Assembly: GCA_001938485.1 (NCBI GenBank)
Contig: MQRK01185036.1
Span: 8,984-62,609 of the forward strand
DNA from: Girardia tigrina
Taxonomy: Eukaryota
Direction of reading: 5' to 3'
Length of the DNA stretch: 53,626 nucleotides
Under the pieces are notes generated by a model. The model was not told where the DNA came from and ran no database searches. It saw only the letters and a program-made list of their open reading frames with translations. Position numbers and translations under genes: made by a program. Positions 13,635 to 26,868 of the stretch are shown here, piece after piece; position 1 is the stretch's first letter, and each line of letters opens with the position of its first letter.

Positions 13635-13810
13635 GTTTTGATAGAACAGCTTCAAGCGAAGTGGAACATTTGTTCAAGGAGAGTGATGCTAATAAAGATA
13701 ATCTACTCAGCAAGGAAGAAGTGATCGATCAGCACGAGCTGTGGGTAGGAAGTCATGCAACTGACTATGGCAAGCATTTGGATGATATGAAACCACATGA
13801 AGAGCTGTAG
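13635..13810 (+). CDS. Calumenin-like exon 5 (terminal, ER-retention HEEL)
   Basis: attcag acceptor; EVEHLFKESDANKDNLLSKEEVIDQHELWVGSHATDYG...HEEL* matches the CREC C-terminus. Total CDS 1023 nt. Confidence 0.96.
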
Positions 13811-14521
13811 ACATTTTCTAACTCATTCTTTTATTTACGTGTGTAATAATCTGTAGGAGTCTTAGCTTTGTTACATGGTTAATTAAATTGTTCTTTTTAT
13901 TAGAAAATTTTTGTAGCTTAAAATGTTATTTCTATCACGAAAAAAATAATTTTCATTTGTTTATTTATACAAGATATTAGAAAAACATACATTTAATGGT
14001 AGATTAACACATAGTAATACTATAGCTATTGATTATGTAACAATAAATATAATAATAATAGTAAGTTATAAATTAAAAATAAATCATAGGAATAAGAGGA
14101 ATAATTATGAGGGGTTTCGACAAATGAGGAATAACAATATTTTAAATTTATCTTAAAAATATTGTTCAGGATTCAATTATAGTTTTTTTTAGTTTTATTT
14201 AAATTTTATCATTATTTATATCATGAAAATATCGAAAACATTTCCTTTCAAAGAAAAAAATGAATGACAATTCCTTCTAATTTATTCGTCTTTTTGTTGA
14301 TATATATTGGATATGTATAAATTGAATGATTTTTGGAAAAAAATAATAAATAAATTAAAGATAAAAAAATTTATTAAATAACTTTGAAAAAAATCGAAAT
14401 TTGATTGTTTAAAAATTAGGAGAGTAAATTGTTTTAAGTTTGAATTGAATATAAATCCTTATTATTTTCGATCGATTATTCAAATAAATTTTTCTGACCA
14501 GTCATTTTTATGAGGATACTA

Positions 14522-16087
14522 CAGGGTGACGCAAAATAAACTCCAAGGTACTTTTCTATTGGATCTTTTTATCCACCTACTTTTTTATAGGTAAAGTATA
14601 TATTTTTAGAATCCTGAGCGTCGCCAAAATCTTATGGTGTATAAAAAAAATCAAAAAAATTAAAAAAAATTTTTGAGACGAAAAATTTAACAAACGTTTT
14701 TTTAAATGAACTTAGAAAGTTTTACCCTAAAATTTGATTCAAATGACGTATACGGATCAGCAAAAAGCTCATCTCGTTTTGATGCTTGTTGAGGAAGCCT
14801 ATGATTATGCGCAGCTCAAAACTCGATTCTGAAGTGAAACAAGAAATGGTCGAGCGAAGATTCCGGAAAAAAGAATCATTGTAAAATGGATTGACGATTT
14901 TCGAGCGACTGGAAGTGTCCATGGAAAGAACAAGCCAAAACGTGTTCGCACCAAAGAAGTCATTGAAGACGTCCGTGAAGCCTTTACTGCAAATCCTCAT
15001 CTATCAACTCAACGCAATTTATTTGTTTCAACTGGCGACACTGACAGCGAAGAAGACGATCACGGAACAGTTCGTATGTCACAAAGAAGCTTGCAGCGAA
15101 TTTTGAAAGAATACTTACAAATGCATCCCTATCATTTGAAAATTGCTCATGCCTTGGAGGAAACCGGCTATGCCGCTCAAATTGAGTTTGCTCGAACCGA
15201 ATTGGATCGATTGGATGAAGATGCAAACAGACTCAACAATCTTCTTTTTACGGATGAATCCCACTTTCATTTGGACGGAAGCGTCAATCGTCAAAACTGG
15301 ATCATGTGGACCGATGAAAATCCTCATTGGTTTGATGTTCGTCGACTTCATCCTCAAAAATTGACAGTTTGGATGGGAATTGGTGTCGAATGTGTTGTTG
15401 GCCCATACTTTTGGGAGCGACAAGGAAATGAGCGCGGAATCAATGGTCGTTGGATGACTGAATTGTATGAAGAGCACGTTATTCCGGAGCTTCATACTTG
15501 GCAGAATTTCAATTCTCTCATTGAGCAGCATGACGGCGCTCCGCCACACATTCTTGGAGATTTTCCTGAATTGTTGGGTCAACAGTTTCCAAATCGATGG
15601 ATAGGTCGCAGAACACGGGCGTATCCTGCTCCAGTTACATGGTCTTCTCGCTCGCCAGATCTTACAGCATGTGACTATTGGTTGTGGGGCTACATGAAAG
15701 GTCGAATTTATCATCGCGAACAACGTTCAAGCACACTCGAAGAGTTGAGAGCAGCGATTGAAGGAGTTACCAATGAAATCCGTGGAGACGGCGTACTTCG
15801 TGAATGCGTTGTGACCGACTACAGACGACGTTTGCATGAATGTTTTCTTAGAGATGGAGGACAAGTTGAAATTCGATAATTAATTGTTGTTATGCTTTTA
15901 TGGAATCAAAAGCTTGTTAAATTTTTCGTCTCAAAATTTTTTTTTAATTTTTTATGTTTTTTTTCGATTTTTTTATATACCATCAGAATTTGGCGATGCT
16001 CAGGATTCTAAAGTAGGTGGATAAAAAAGTAGGTGGATAAAAAGATCCAATAGAAAAATACCTTGGAGTTTATTTTGCGTCACCCTG
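14522..16087 (+). mobile_element. Long-TIR rosa-like Tc1/mariner transposon with frameshifted transposase
   Basis: TIRs of about 180 bp starting CAGGGTGACGCAAAATAAACTCCAAGG with TA TSD. ORF 15076-15879 has FTDESHF, HDGAPPH and SPDLTACDYWLWG; the N-terminus from about 14743 is frameshifted. Confidence 0.95.
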
Positions 16088-18343
16088 TACATCTATATTT
16101 TGTTAATATCAAATTGACACTTAACATTTCTGTCGCCGCACGATTTTCACTAAATATTCGCTCAAATTATCGTCCGATAGTTTCAATTAAACGATTTTTT
16201 TTGCGCCTAAAACTTATCAAATAATTTGAAAAATTTATCGAGCAACAAACAGAAATTTGAATTATCGATCAGATTTATTATTTCAAAATGGAATCTTTTT
16301 CACTCGAGATGAATTTCGCCAGGAATATTTTGCTGGGAATCATGTCCAGCAGTTATTTAGTGATCACAAGTCCGTTTATGGACGCGATCGACACGGTGAA
16401 GATTTGCGAGATTATTTGCGAGTGATCAGAGAACTGATATGTTTAAATCTGCAAACGAATCAAACGAAAAATTTTCAATGGACCCATCAAAACTACAAGA
16501 ATCCAATGGGTAACTCTGCTGCCACCGTCCGATTCTCGGGTAACCTGAGGGTTGCGCGGAATAAATATAATTAAATAAGATATTTCATAACTTAAATTTA
16601 AAATTATTTTTATTAAAATATTTGGTAAAATATTTTCCATAATCTATAAAAGAAAAAATAATGTGAATGTTAACAACTGCTTTATTATTATGAACATATT
16701 CATGTTTCAAGTCGTTCAAGAAATAAAATTTTAAAATAAGATTTCAAAGTAAGTTAAAAGGAAAGTTAATTTTCTGTAGCTGTATAAGATTCCCTTCTCT
16801 TTATCGTTAAAAAAATAACTAAATACACTTTTTAAAGTCATTCTACTCGTTATATCTTCTTCATCGTCTTTTCTCTTTGTCTTTGAAAAAACTTTTTCTT
16901 GTGTACTTTTAAAATTATTATCCTTTATTTACTTTCAAAACTCTTTTCCTTGTAACTACACAATGAGCAAATATCCGACTTCTTTCAAAGGGTTCTTCCA
17001 ACAATCTATTAAAATTTTCCTTTAATTATCTTTATCGCACTAAACAAGTTCAAATAATAATGACAATCTCGAAAAATTTTCAATTATTTATTTTAACTAA
17101 AATCGCAACTCAAAATAATTACAAATCCATTTGATAAAATGGAAGAATCTTTTAAAATTTTGAAATAAATTTTTTAATTTGCTTAATATTAAAAAGTAAG
17201 GGGTATTAATACCCAAAAAATTTTATTAATATTTATATTTTTAAAAACAAGAAAAGTTTAATTACAAATATTAAAAAAATAATTAAAAATTTTAAATATT
17301 TTTCGAAACATGTTTATATATTCCGTTTATATATTATTACACATGTTTATATATTATATATATATATTATAATTTATTAATATTAATATTTCTTTATTCA
17401 TTATTTTTCATTAATTATTGAAGAATAATTTTGATACTAAATCAAGAACGATTAACAAATAAGGAAAATATATAATTTATGTATTATAAAGTACATTAAC
17501 GGTCTTGTTATACAAATGAATAATATAAATATTGTGTCCTGTTAAGATTGAAACCCAATTTAGAGACAAAATTGGGAAAATAATGAATCCAAAAATCATC
17601 AATCAAAGTTATTTCAAAAAAAGATAATTCAAATTTTATTCTTTAAAAATGAAAAAATATTATTGAATATTATAATTATTATTTCTTTGTAGGAAAATAA
17701 ACTATCTGGCGTTACGAAACATTTGTTTCTAGTTCATTAAGATATCATCTAGATTTCTGTATAGCTTTATTTTAGTAATATTATTTTTTTCATAAAACTT
17801 TTGAGTAAAAATAAAATAACGCAAAAATCGAAAGTGACTCTACATTTCTTTTGTACTTCTTAATGTTTTGGATTTGGTTTTTAAATCAGATTTCAGATAA
17901 GATTGCAATGTAGAACATTCCGTGACAATAATTGTTTTATCTAGATCAATCTTCTGTTTATTTTTGTATTAAATTTGATATTTTTTATAGTTTTTTTATA
18001 TTTTTTTATAGTTCTTTCCATCAATCCGATCTTCATCGACGTGTTTGCCGAGTGATCTATCGCTTAAAGTGGTATACGTTATATACAGATGCTTTTTATC
18101 GCGATCTATATTCAATTGTAGATCAATCTATTACTATTACACACTCATATATATATATATATATATATTTGTTAATAGTTTTCTAAGTTGTGCGGCGCAT
18201 CCACCTAGAAGTTCAAGGCTGTTTTAAAAGAGTTTCTAACTTAAAAAAAAGAACACTCAGAAGTGCCAAAGTCTTGAATCTTATTAGTGATACAAGCGAA
18301 GCAAAAGTATTTTTGTATTGTTTTGTTTAAAAAACGTGACAAA

Positions 18344-18548
18344 CAGCATAATCTCTAAATTTGGCCAATTCTAAAATTGGCCATTTTCCCATTTTGGGTA
18401 GTTTATATTAAAGCAGATTTTTAAAATACTACGCAAGTAGATAAAATGATACATTGTTGGAATTTGAAATTGGAGAAAATGGAAATAGAGATGCTAACAA
18501 CTGTGACTTGGTGTTCCCATTTTTCGGCCAAATTTAGAGGTTATACAG
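18344..18548. mobile_element. Small MITE (Tc1/pogo-like)
   Basis: Imperfect TIRs CAGCATAATCTCTAAATTTGGCC / GGCCAAATTTAGAGGTTATACAG. Confidence 0.6.
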
Positions 18549-18591
18549 TACATATTAAAAATAATTTAGTTAAAGCATTGTTTATTGAACC

Positions 18592-19093
18592 TGTGAGGAA
18601 TATTTTAAATTGTTTGAATGTGTAAATGTATTGAGGATGTATGTTGTTTTAAGTATGTTGAATTTAGAATGGTGATTCTCCCAACCAGATGGAAATTGAT
18701 ATTTTTTATTAAATTTAAAGGAATGACTTATTCGAACATAATTAAAATGATCATTTGATAAGTTCATATTTTTAATTTCACAATTAAAATTAAGTTTAAT
18801 AATTTTTAGTAAAATTGAAATTAAATGCATTTTAATTAATTTGATGATATTTTTTATTATTTTGGGATTTAATGAGAAATGGTAAAAATTATTATTTTTT
18901 AATTAATATTTTTTAGATGTTAAATATTTTAAAAAATAACTTAGAAAAATTGTTTTAATAATCATGATTAAAAACAGAAATAAGAAAACCAATTAGAACG
19001 ATGGCAAACGATGAAAGATCTTCTGAGAGTTGTAATAACTTTAAATGTAATTGCAATAAAAATTCAAATGAGACTTGTCTAAATGTTCTTAAT
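18592..19093 (-). repeat. Dispersed repeat family, copy 2 (inverted relative to 11700-12181)
   Basis: Reverse complement aligns along about 480 bp with 11700-12181. Confidence 0.85.
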
Positions 19094-19223
19094 AGAACCT
19101 TAGTTTAAATTTACTTCTTAAAATAAATAAATATTACCCTTAATATTCAATGATATGAAGAAAAAATATATAGTTTAAAATCTTTCATTAAAACTAATAT
19201 TCAAATATTTGAGAAAATAAATT

Positions 19224-19271
19224 ATTATTGTTGATGATAGAATATGACACTTTCGAAACATGTTCAATAAT
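19224..19271 (+). ncRNA. Degenerate minimal hammerhead ribozyme motif
   Basis: ATTATTG-TTGATGA-T-a GAA...TTC-GAAA-CATG-TT-CAATAAT: 7-bp stem I, C3>U change, weak stem II. Confidence 0.6.
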
Positions 19272-20719
19272 CAATATCTTAAAAAAAAGATTTACGTTTA
19301 AAAAACAAGAACCACTGTAGTATTACAATACTGAAACTTAACATTGTAAAACATTTATTATTTGGAAGATGAAGAAAATCTCTTTTGCTTAGTGTTTCAT
19401 TTCTATTTTGGCACTGTTTCTCGGTCTCAAGGGATTACCTTCGCAGAAATATTTTCATTTTACTGATTTTTTTTTATATTAATGAAATTTACACTGTTAA
19501 ATTACATTGAATTTTATCAAATTTCAAATGTATAATATTTTATTATTATACAACAACAAAAATTATTAAAATCAAAAAAGGATTCTTGATTACAAAATTA
19601 TTAGAAAAATATATATTCAATAAATATAATTTTATTTTACGTCATATTGAAGAAAATAATTATAATTAAAAAATAATTATTAAAGTAATTATTTTAACTG
19701 AAAATTATTCCGAAAACCTTTTTTTCGGGATCTTCTAAATATATCAAAAATATAAAATTTTTTACATTATATACAAAATTAAATTATTTATTTTTAATAA
19801 AATGAAATTTTTGACTTTTAGTTGTGTTGCTTATAAAAATGAAGGAAATAGCTTAACTAAGTAAAAGGTGAAAGCACCAATCAATTGGTGTGGCTTTAAA
19901 AGTAAAAAAATTTCAGGATTTTGAATGGTTTAAATTATGTAATTTATAATAAAAATAATAATTTTTTTTATAAATTCAAAAGATCTACACTTGAAAATAG
20001 TTTTTAAGTATTATATTTTGACAGTTTCACCACCATCATCAGACCTCTGATTATGTGCTTTTATCGTTTTTATATGAGAAATCTATGATAATACAATATA
20101 TTAAGCATTGAAATCTCACATTCTTCTTTAGATCATAAGATATTTGTAACAATAATAATTTTTAAAATCCTTACCAAGAGTCTTAAAATCATTGGGACTA
20201 ATAACTCTTACCCTGTACTCTTTACGACTGTACTCTTGCACTTGTTTGCTAATGAGATGACAGGTAAAAAACACATAATTATCTGAAAATAGCAGTCATA
20301 TAAAATTATATTATTATAAAATATATTATCATTTACAATTTAAGTTATATTATTACTGGATTTTGGAACTATTATTGTATTGTTCAAATTGTGAGAAATT
20401 GAAAAGTTTTAAAAATCATATGTTTTTTTATAATTTTTTAACGACCACAGAAACAAAAAACAAAACTCTTCATGACTATTTTTTTCTTACACATTTTATT
20501 ACATTAAATATAACTAAAAAAGTATAACAAAAGGAGCAAGTAATATTATAAACGAGATCCTTCTGATCCAAATTTTGTTACATATTATAAAAGTAGGGTA
20601 ACAAATTGGTCAGGTAATTTCAATCAATAAACCCGCTTTACTAAAAAATAAAATAAAATGATATATTTTAGGTAATTAAGTTGAATAATCTTCTATAAAT
20701 TAAACTAGGTGAATCAGTA

Positions 20720-21250
20720 AAACAGTCTCAATAATTTAGCACAAATAGCAGACTTTAAAATTCTTAAGAAAATAAATGCCGAAAATACATTGCCTCTAAT
20801 ACTTTATAAATTCATGCTCCGATCCTGTTTATAAGTATACTTGTAATGGGGATAATGCCACAAATATTGGAGAGACATCTCGTCATCTCTGCAAACAAAT
20901 CAAAGAGCATAGTCGGTTGGATAATGGAAGCAATATTGCCGAACATAATTTAAAATGTGAAATGAAAATATAAGAAAAGTATTTTCAAATTTTGTGCAAT
21001 CGATTTAAAATCTATTGGGAGACAGTAACGTGTGAGGCCTTAGTAATAAGATCCATGGATCGAAACTTAATAATCAAGCTTCACACTCAACTTCTCTGTT
21101 AAAAATTTTCAAAAAGGACCTTTTTGACATGATTAATTGAATATTCATTACTTTCATTTAAAAAAATGCAAAAAGTAATATTAATTTAGTTTGACAATGG
21201 CGAGGAATCCGCGAAAATTAATTACAATACATTTTAAAAAATTGCGTCCA
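20720..21250 (+). mobile_element. Penelope-like element 3' remnant (paralog of 3020-5020)
   Basis: VYKYTCNGDNATNIGETSRHLCKQIKEHSR GIY-YIG motif; degenerate hammerhead at 21189-21225. Confidence 0.85.
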
Positions 21251-21292
21251 ATTGTTTTTAATATTATAATATATATTATTATTTATAATAAC

Positions 21293-21336
<44 letters not shown>

Positions 21337-21338
<2 letters not shown>

Positions 21339-21880
21339 GGGTCCGCCATAAGTAAATATAAATTTTTTCTTGCTTGTATTTTGTTGATTCTTATTCAATT
21401 TTTCATTTGAAAGCTGAAATCTTATATTTTGATTTTATCTTTAACATGTAATGTTTTATTGACTTTATTCACCCAATTAAACAAAGAGCGAAAAATTGCG
21501 GTTTTGAAGTGGTTCTGGAAAGCCTAGAATGTGACATTCGTCCAACGAGAATTTCGAAGGAAATTTAAATCCAATGTTCTCATATATCCAGCGATTATTA
21601 GTCTCCCAAAACTCTGCTGACCTTAAGGAACAAATTTAAGCTGTGATTGCTAAAGTACCGTTGCAGTTATACGCCAAAGTATGCCACGCAGTCCTTGGTA
21701 GATTAGTAAAGGGCATTGCGCTCCACGGAAAGCACATGGAGCTTTAATAAACATTTCGTTTTATGCTGCAACAAACTTTAGTATACCCTTTGTTAGTTTC
21801 TGTATTGTAGTAGCTTATTTCTTCTATGTTAAATTTATTATATTGAATTAAAAATATATAGTTACTTTTGGCGGACCCTA
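21337..21880 (+). mobile_element. Internally deleted Tc1/rosa-like element in a (TA)n tract
   Basis: TIRs CAGGGTCCGCCATAAGTAA / TTACTTTTGGCGGACCCT; N- and C-terminal transposase scraps joined. Confidence 0.8.
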
Positions 21881-24830
21881 TATATATATTTACCCGTCTT
21901 TATTTAAAATAATATAATACACAATAAATGAAAACATATTAATGACAGAAACATATTTTGATCCAAATTTTGTTACATATCATATAAGTTTTCTTCTTCG
22001 TTATTAAATTTTGCTTCTTTTGGTATATTATTTGATCTGTATCATCTTTCAATCTTCTATCGATGTGTGAGAAACAAAATCCTAAAAACAATCTACCAAA
22101 CAATAAACCCAATTCGAAAATATTCTTGAAAAATTAAGAATATTATATTTCATTAACAAATTTACTAAAATCTCATTTTAAAAGCAAAAGATTTGACTAA
22201 TTGTTTTTTTATGAAAGAAAAAAATGAAGAATTATAAAATAAATCTGGCAGAATGAAATAAAATCAAAATATATTCCGATTAAATGGAATTAGAAATTCG
22301 AAGAGTAAAGGTATTTTTTCATTCTTTTCTATTCTTCAAAATAGAAACCAAATCAATTTGTTCAATCGTCTTTCGCAGAAGATAATAAATATAAAAAAAT
22401 CCATCTAAAGATGGTTAAAAGATGAAAACTTTATGATGGGTCATTAAAATTTTATCCATAGCCCGTTCATTTTAAGATCGTTTTCCAAAATAAAAAAAAT
22501 CCATTAATAATTTCATCATCACGAACCGTTATAAGAGATTTTATCACGCAATTCAAATCAGTATTTTAAATTATTCAGCAGAAAGAAAATAAAAAAAAAT
22601 GTTTCATACTTTTAACAAAATGAATAAATAGCACTTCAAGTGGAAAACGTCTACCGGCATCGAAAGATTCTAAAAATCAACAGAATTTCAGAGTTTAATT
22701 AATTGAAATTAATGCGAGCACGGAATACACCATTAAACAGAAAGCCTCAATTTTCCTAAAATAAAAGTTTTGCTTAGTTTTGCCGAAAAAAATGTCTAAT
22801 CGCATACATCAAAGTCACATCGTTGATTGAATTCTCCAAATCCATTCATTAATCAGTGAACTTGAAGAAAATCTAATAATATATTACATAACCAATTTTT
22901 CCCTATTTTACATTCTTCATTGATAATTTTTTTTTCTCTCTCTCTCTTTCTATCTTTCTCACATAAAAATTCCATCTGTTACAAAAATAATATTATAAAA
23001 ATTAAAACAAAAAATACGGAAAAAAATAATTAATAAAAAATATATTACAATACACATTATTTATATTTTTTTCGAATTCATTCAAAAATAAATAAAAAAA
23101 TAGACAAAACGCTTTTTTTCATATTTAACAAAAAAATTATTTTTTAAATTTCTATTTTCAATTTTTAAAATATCTTAATAATAAATTAAAAAAATTTTTT
23201 TTTGTGTTTTGGAATCGTCTTTTCTGTTATCAGTGAGAAGAGAGCTCTTTTAATTCTATGTTTCGAGCTTGAGTTATACACAGCAAAATGAATCAATACT
23301 ATTTTAACACAATGAAAAAAAAACGTTACTTTCTTCATTGATGAGATACATGCAAATTCTAGAAGAACAGCATTCCGCAATTTACCTGTATATTCCAACT
23401 GTACTGAGACTGATTGCTTTTAGCAAATTCATTTCGAACGGTTGATGAGCAGATAACACACATGCAATTTTGGTAAAACACGAATTAACGGTCGAGGAAA
23501 AGGTTAATTTGATATATGCTTTTACCATACAAATACCGCATTTGTGTTTTCGTCAAATGGAGTGGATCGATAAATTCTTATAACTTGCATTGCAGTTGGG
23601 CAAATGCAGAATAATACAGAGCTACCAAAACAGTACTTAAGTAATTGACTCATATTTCTCCTGAAGACGACTTGCATGTCTACAGACTCGTCGATTTGAG
23701 CACAGCCTCAAGACTACACACTGTCAACAAGGATAATTGTCAGCAAGAAAAAGGATACGCATACACGCATGCAATTGCTAAAACCGGCCGACTATATTCG
23801 ATATCTATCATGCATCAATGTAGTGGTATAAATAGCTTGAAATTCGCTTTCGCTTTACTTTTCGACCAGAAATGAAAATTGAGTTCATAATTTAAGGTTT
23901 TTTTTGCTGTTTTAAGATAATTTGAATTTTCTTTTTTTTACTTTTTAAAAATAAGTATCCATGAAAATTTGCATTTACAACGTGTCTTTAGTTCATTCGA
24001 TACTAAGGCACGCGGTGAATGCTGAATTAAATGGTTGATCGTTCTAGAGTCAATTTTATTTATTTTTTTTAAAAAAATCTGATTTTATTTTAAGATTAAA
24101 AAATTTAATAATGCTCAAAAAAGGTATGTAAAATGTGGAGTATTTTTTTGTATTACTAATGTTTTTTATTTAGGAAAACAAATCAATCAGAAACCTGACA
24201 GAAAATGAGAAAAATAGAAAAAAAACAATTATTATTTTGGAGATTATGTTGCATCATTTCGTTTTTGTAAATTAAAATTATTATCGGTTTTAGTTTTGTT
24301 TTACTTACTGTTGATGGAAATATTGAAAAAAATGAAAATAAAATCGTAATTAATTATAATAAATTATAATTTCAATGATTTCAGAATAAATTTAGTACAT
24401 TACTTTTTTATACATTTTATAACAATAAATCAAAAATAATTATTTTTAATTTAAAAAAAAATAATATTAATATTACATCATAAGAATTTCTTTTTCATCT
24501 TAATAATAATTCAAATACGTTAAGTAAACTAAAATTTGTAGACATTTCTTCTATAAAATACTAAATTCCAACTGTGATGTAAAAATATTTTTTACAAATT
24601 TATATTTAAAATTATTTAATTCAACACTCATAAAATTCTACAACAATAATTCGAAATGAAAAAGCAAACAAAATAAAAACAATTACCCATATCGTAAATT
24701 ATTATTAAAACGCTAAAAAACATTTGTTTTAATGCATCATTTTTCGTATTTATTCGCGACAATTTTAAACTCAATTCTCATTTTCGGAAAGTGATTTTTT
24801 TATACCGTCTGATTTCTATTATATACCGAA

Positions 24831-25085
24831 ATGATTAAATCTGTGGTTTTCAATGAATTCCTACGCCGATCACTCAGAATTCGATTTTCCAGCACTCTAG
24901 TCATAGCAGATCACGCCAATGGCAAATTGAATCCGATTACATTTAATGTGGTAAATGCTGCATCGAAATTCCAAAATGAAATTCACGCGCTCGTCGTTGG
25001 AGACAACTGCAAATCCGTGGCGGAAGAAGTCGCGAAGATCGCTGGTGTGAAAGTCGTCCATTTGGCGGACAGTCCCGTGTTCCAA
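24831..25085 (+). CDS. ETFA: Electron transfer flavoprotein alpha subunit, mitochondrial, exon 1
   Basis: Arg-rich targeting peptide, then STLVIADH...EVAKIAGVKVV; GT donor at 25086. Confidence 0.96.
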
Positions 25086-25133
25086 GTAGGATCGATATAG
25101 AGAGAGCCGAGCGAATACCGGGTCGTGTTGCAG

Positions 25134-25358
25134 GGCCAGCTGGCGGAGGCGGTGTGCGCGCTCGTGCAGCAGGTCCAGGCGCACAACAACTACTCGCATA
25201 TCGTCACCGGGGCAACATCCAGCGGCAAGAACGTGATGCCGCGACTGGCCGCCAAGATCGGCACGAGTCTCGTGTCCGATATCATCGGGATTCACGGCCA
25301 CGACACGTTCACGAGGCCGATATACGCCGGCAACGCACTTCAGACGCTTCAGAATGAC
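25134..25358 (+). CDS. ETFA: ETFA exon 2
   Basis: Follows a 48-nt GT-AG intron; GKNVMPRLAAK...SDII...TFTRPIYAGNAL. Confidence 0.96.
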
Positions 25359-25665
25359 GTAAATGCATTTTTATTGATCTTTATAATTAGTTTTATGCAC
25401 TTTTTATTATTATTTTAATCTTTCTATCAACCTCTATCGACTTTAGCAACCATTTTAGTCAGTAATTTAGAAAATATCTTTGGACAGGTAATGTTGGTGA
25501 ACGCAATGTGATCGATCAAGTTGAGTGTCGTGAATTGCTGTGTCCCGCCCCTTCTGATGTTCATTTCTTTTTAATAATGAGTCGTATAGACAGACTGATG
25601 GTGCAGCAATCGGTTCTCCATTAGCTCCAAGGCTGGCTTCAGTATTTCTGTCAAGTATTGAAGAT

Positions 25666-26515
25666 CTAGACGATGTTGGAATAAACTGCGGAGGAACAAG
25701 AATAACCGATCTACGACTTGCTGACGACATAGACCTAATCGGCAAAGATGAGGCAGAGATTCAGGAACTCACAAATAGATTACACAAAGCATCAAACAAT
25801 TTCGGAATGGAAATCCACAGACAAAAAAGCAAAGTAATGGTTTCAGGAAACCATAACAACGAGGTTAAACTGGAGATTTTCATTGAAGGAGAGAAGCTGG
25901 AACAAGTAAGGAGTTTCAAATATTTAGGCTCTACTATCACAGAGAATGGGGGAAGCGAAGAAGAAATCAGAAGCCGGATTGGTATATCAACAAGCGCAAT
26001 GATTAAGCTTAACACAGTTTTTAACCTCAAAGAAATCCATCTCAAGAGCAGATTAAAGATCACTAAGGGCAACACTCCTCTATGGATGCGAGAGTTGGAC
26101 AATAAATCAGAAGAGTATGAATAGGCTTAAAGCGTTTGAAATGAAGTGCTACAGGAGAATGCTGAAGATCACGTGGAAAGAAAAGAAGACAGGCGACTTT
26201 GTTTGGAGGAGAGTGACAGAAATACTAGGTAAAAGACCGGAATCAATAGAAGAGATCATCTAGAGAAGGAAGCTGAAATTCTACGGTCATCAAATAAGAA
26301 AACAAGCACTAGCAAATGTTATGATTGAGGGAAGAGTGGAAGGAGAAAGACCAAGAGGAAGACCAAAGAGGCAATGGATGGACGATTTAAAAGAATGGAC
26401 TGGACTGAGTATGGAATGTCTGAGAAAAGAAGATATAAATAGACAGATGTGGCGAAGGCTTGTTTATAATTGGGTGCACCCACGGCCCAACGACTAAGGT
26501 CAAAAGAAGAAGAAG
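25666..26515 (+). mobile_element. 5'-truncated RTE-type LINE
   Basis: RT C-terminal part (LRLADDIDL, FKYLGSTITE, GRPKRQWMDD); (AAG)n tail; 9-bp TSD ATTGAAGAT at 25657-25665 and 26516-26524. Confidence 0.92.
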
Positions 26516-26831
26516 ATTGAAGATAAGATCGATTTGTATCCGGGTCAAAAACCTCTCGCGTTTAAACGCTATGTTGATGACAATTTTCTTATTTTCGGTA
26601 ATCAAATTGATTTAGATCCATTTTTAGTGGGAACTGATCTTTTTGGCGCCGATTTTTTGTGCAGTAGTATTTTGAATTTTGTTGAAAGAAATTAAAGAAT
26701 ATATATACATATGTGTGTGTGTTATGCCAAATGAAAAATTATCGATTTAATATCAAAAAATATCGATGTAATATGAAAAAACGAAGTCCGGATGAAAATC
26801 TTCTTTTAATAACAACACTCATCCATTTAAA

Positions 26832-26868
26832 AATATATTTCGACGGATCTACCGTCATCTTCAGGTCC
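26832..26868 (-). ncRNA. Hammerhead motif; core intact but 3' strand of stem I missing
   Basis: Minus strand: GGAC-CTGAAGA-T-GACGG tagat CCGTC-GAAA-TATA-TT-ttt. Confidence 0.7.

Noticed and set aside
24897-25301. Antisense 134-aa ORF (also 15115-15723 and 25761-26102)
   Set aside because: Shadow ORFs opposite real coding sequence.
24831-25418. Bacterial origin or contamination of the GC-rich ETF sequence
   Set aside because: It has spliceosomal introns, a mitochondrial targeting peptide and an animal-type length, and it is embedded among eukaryotic transposons.
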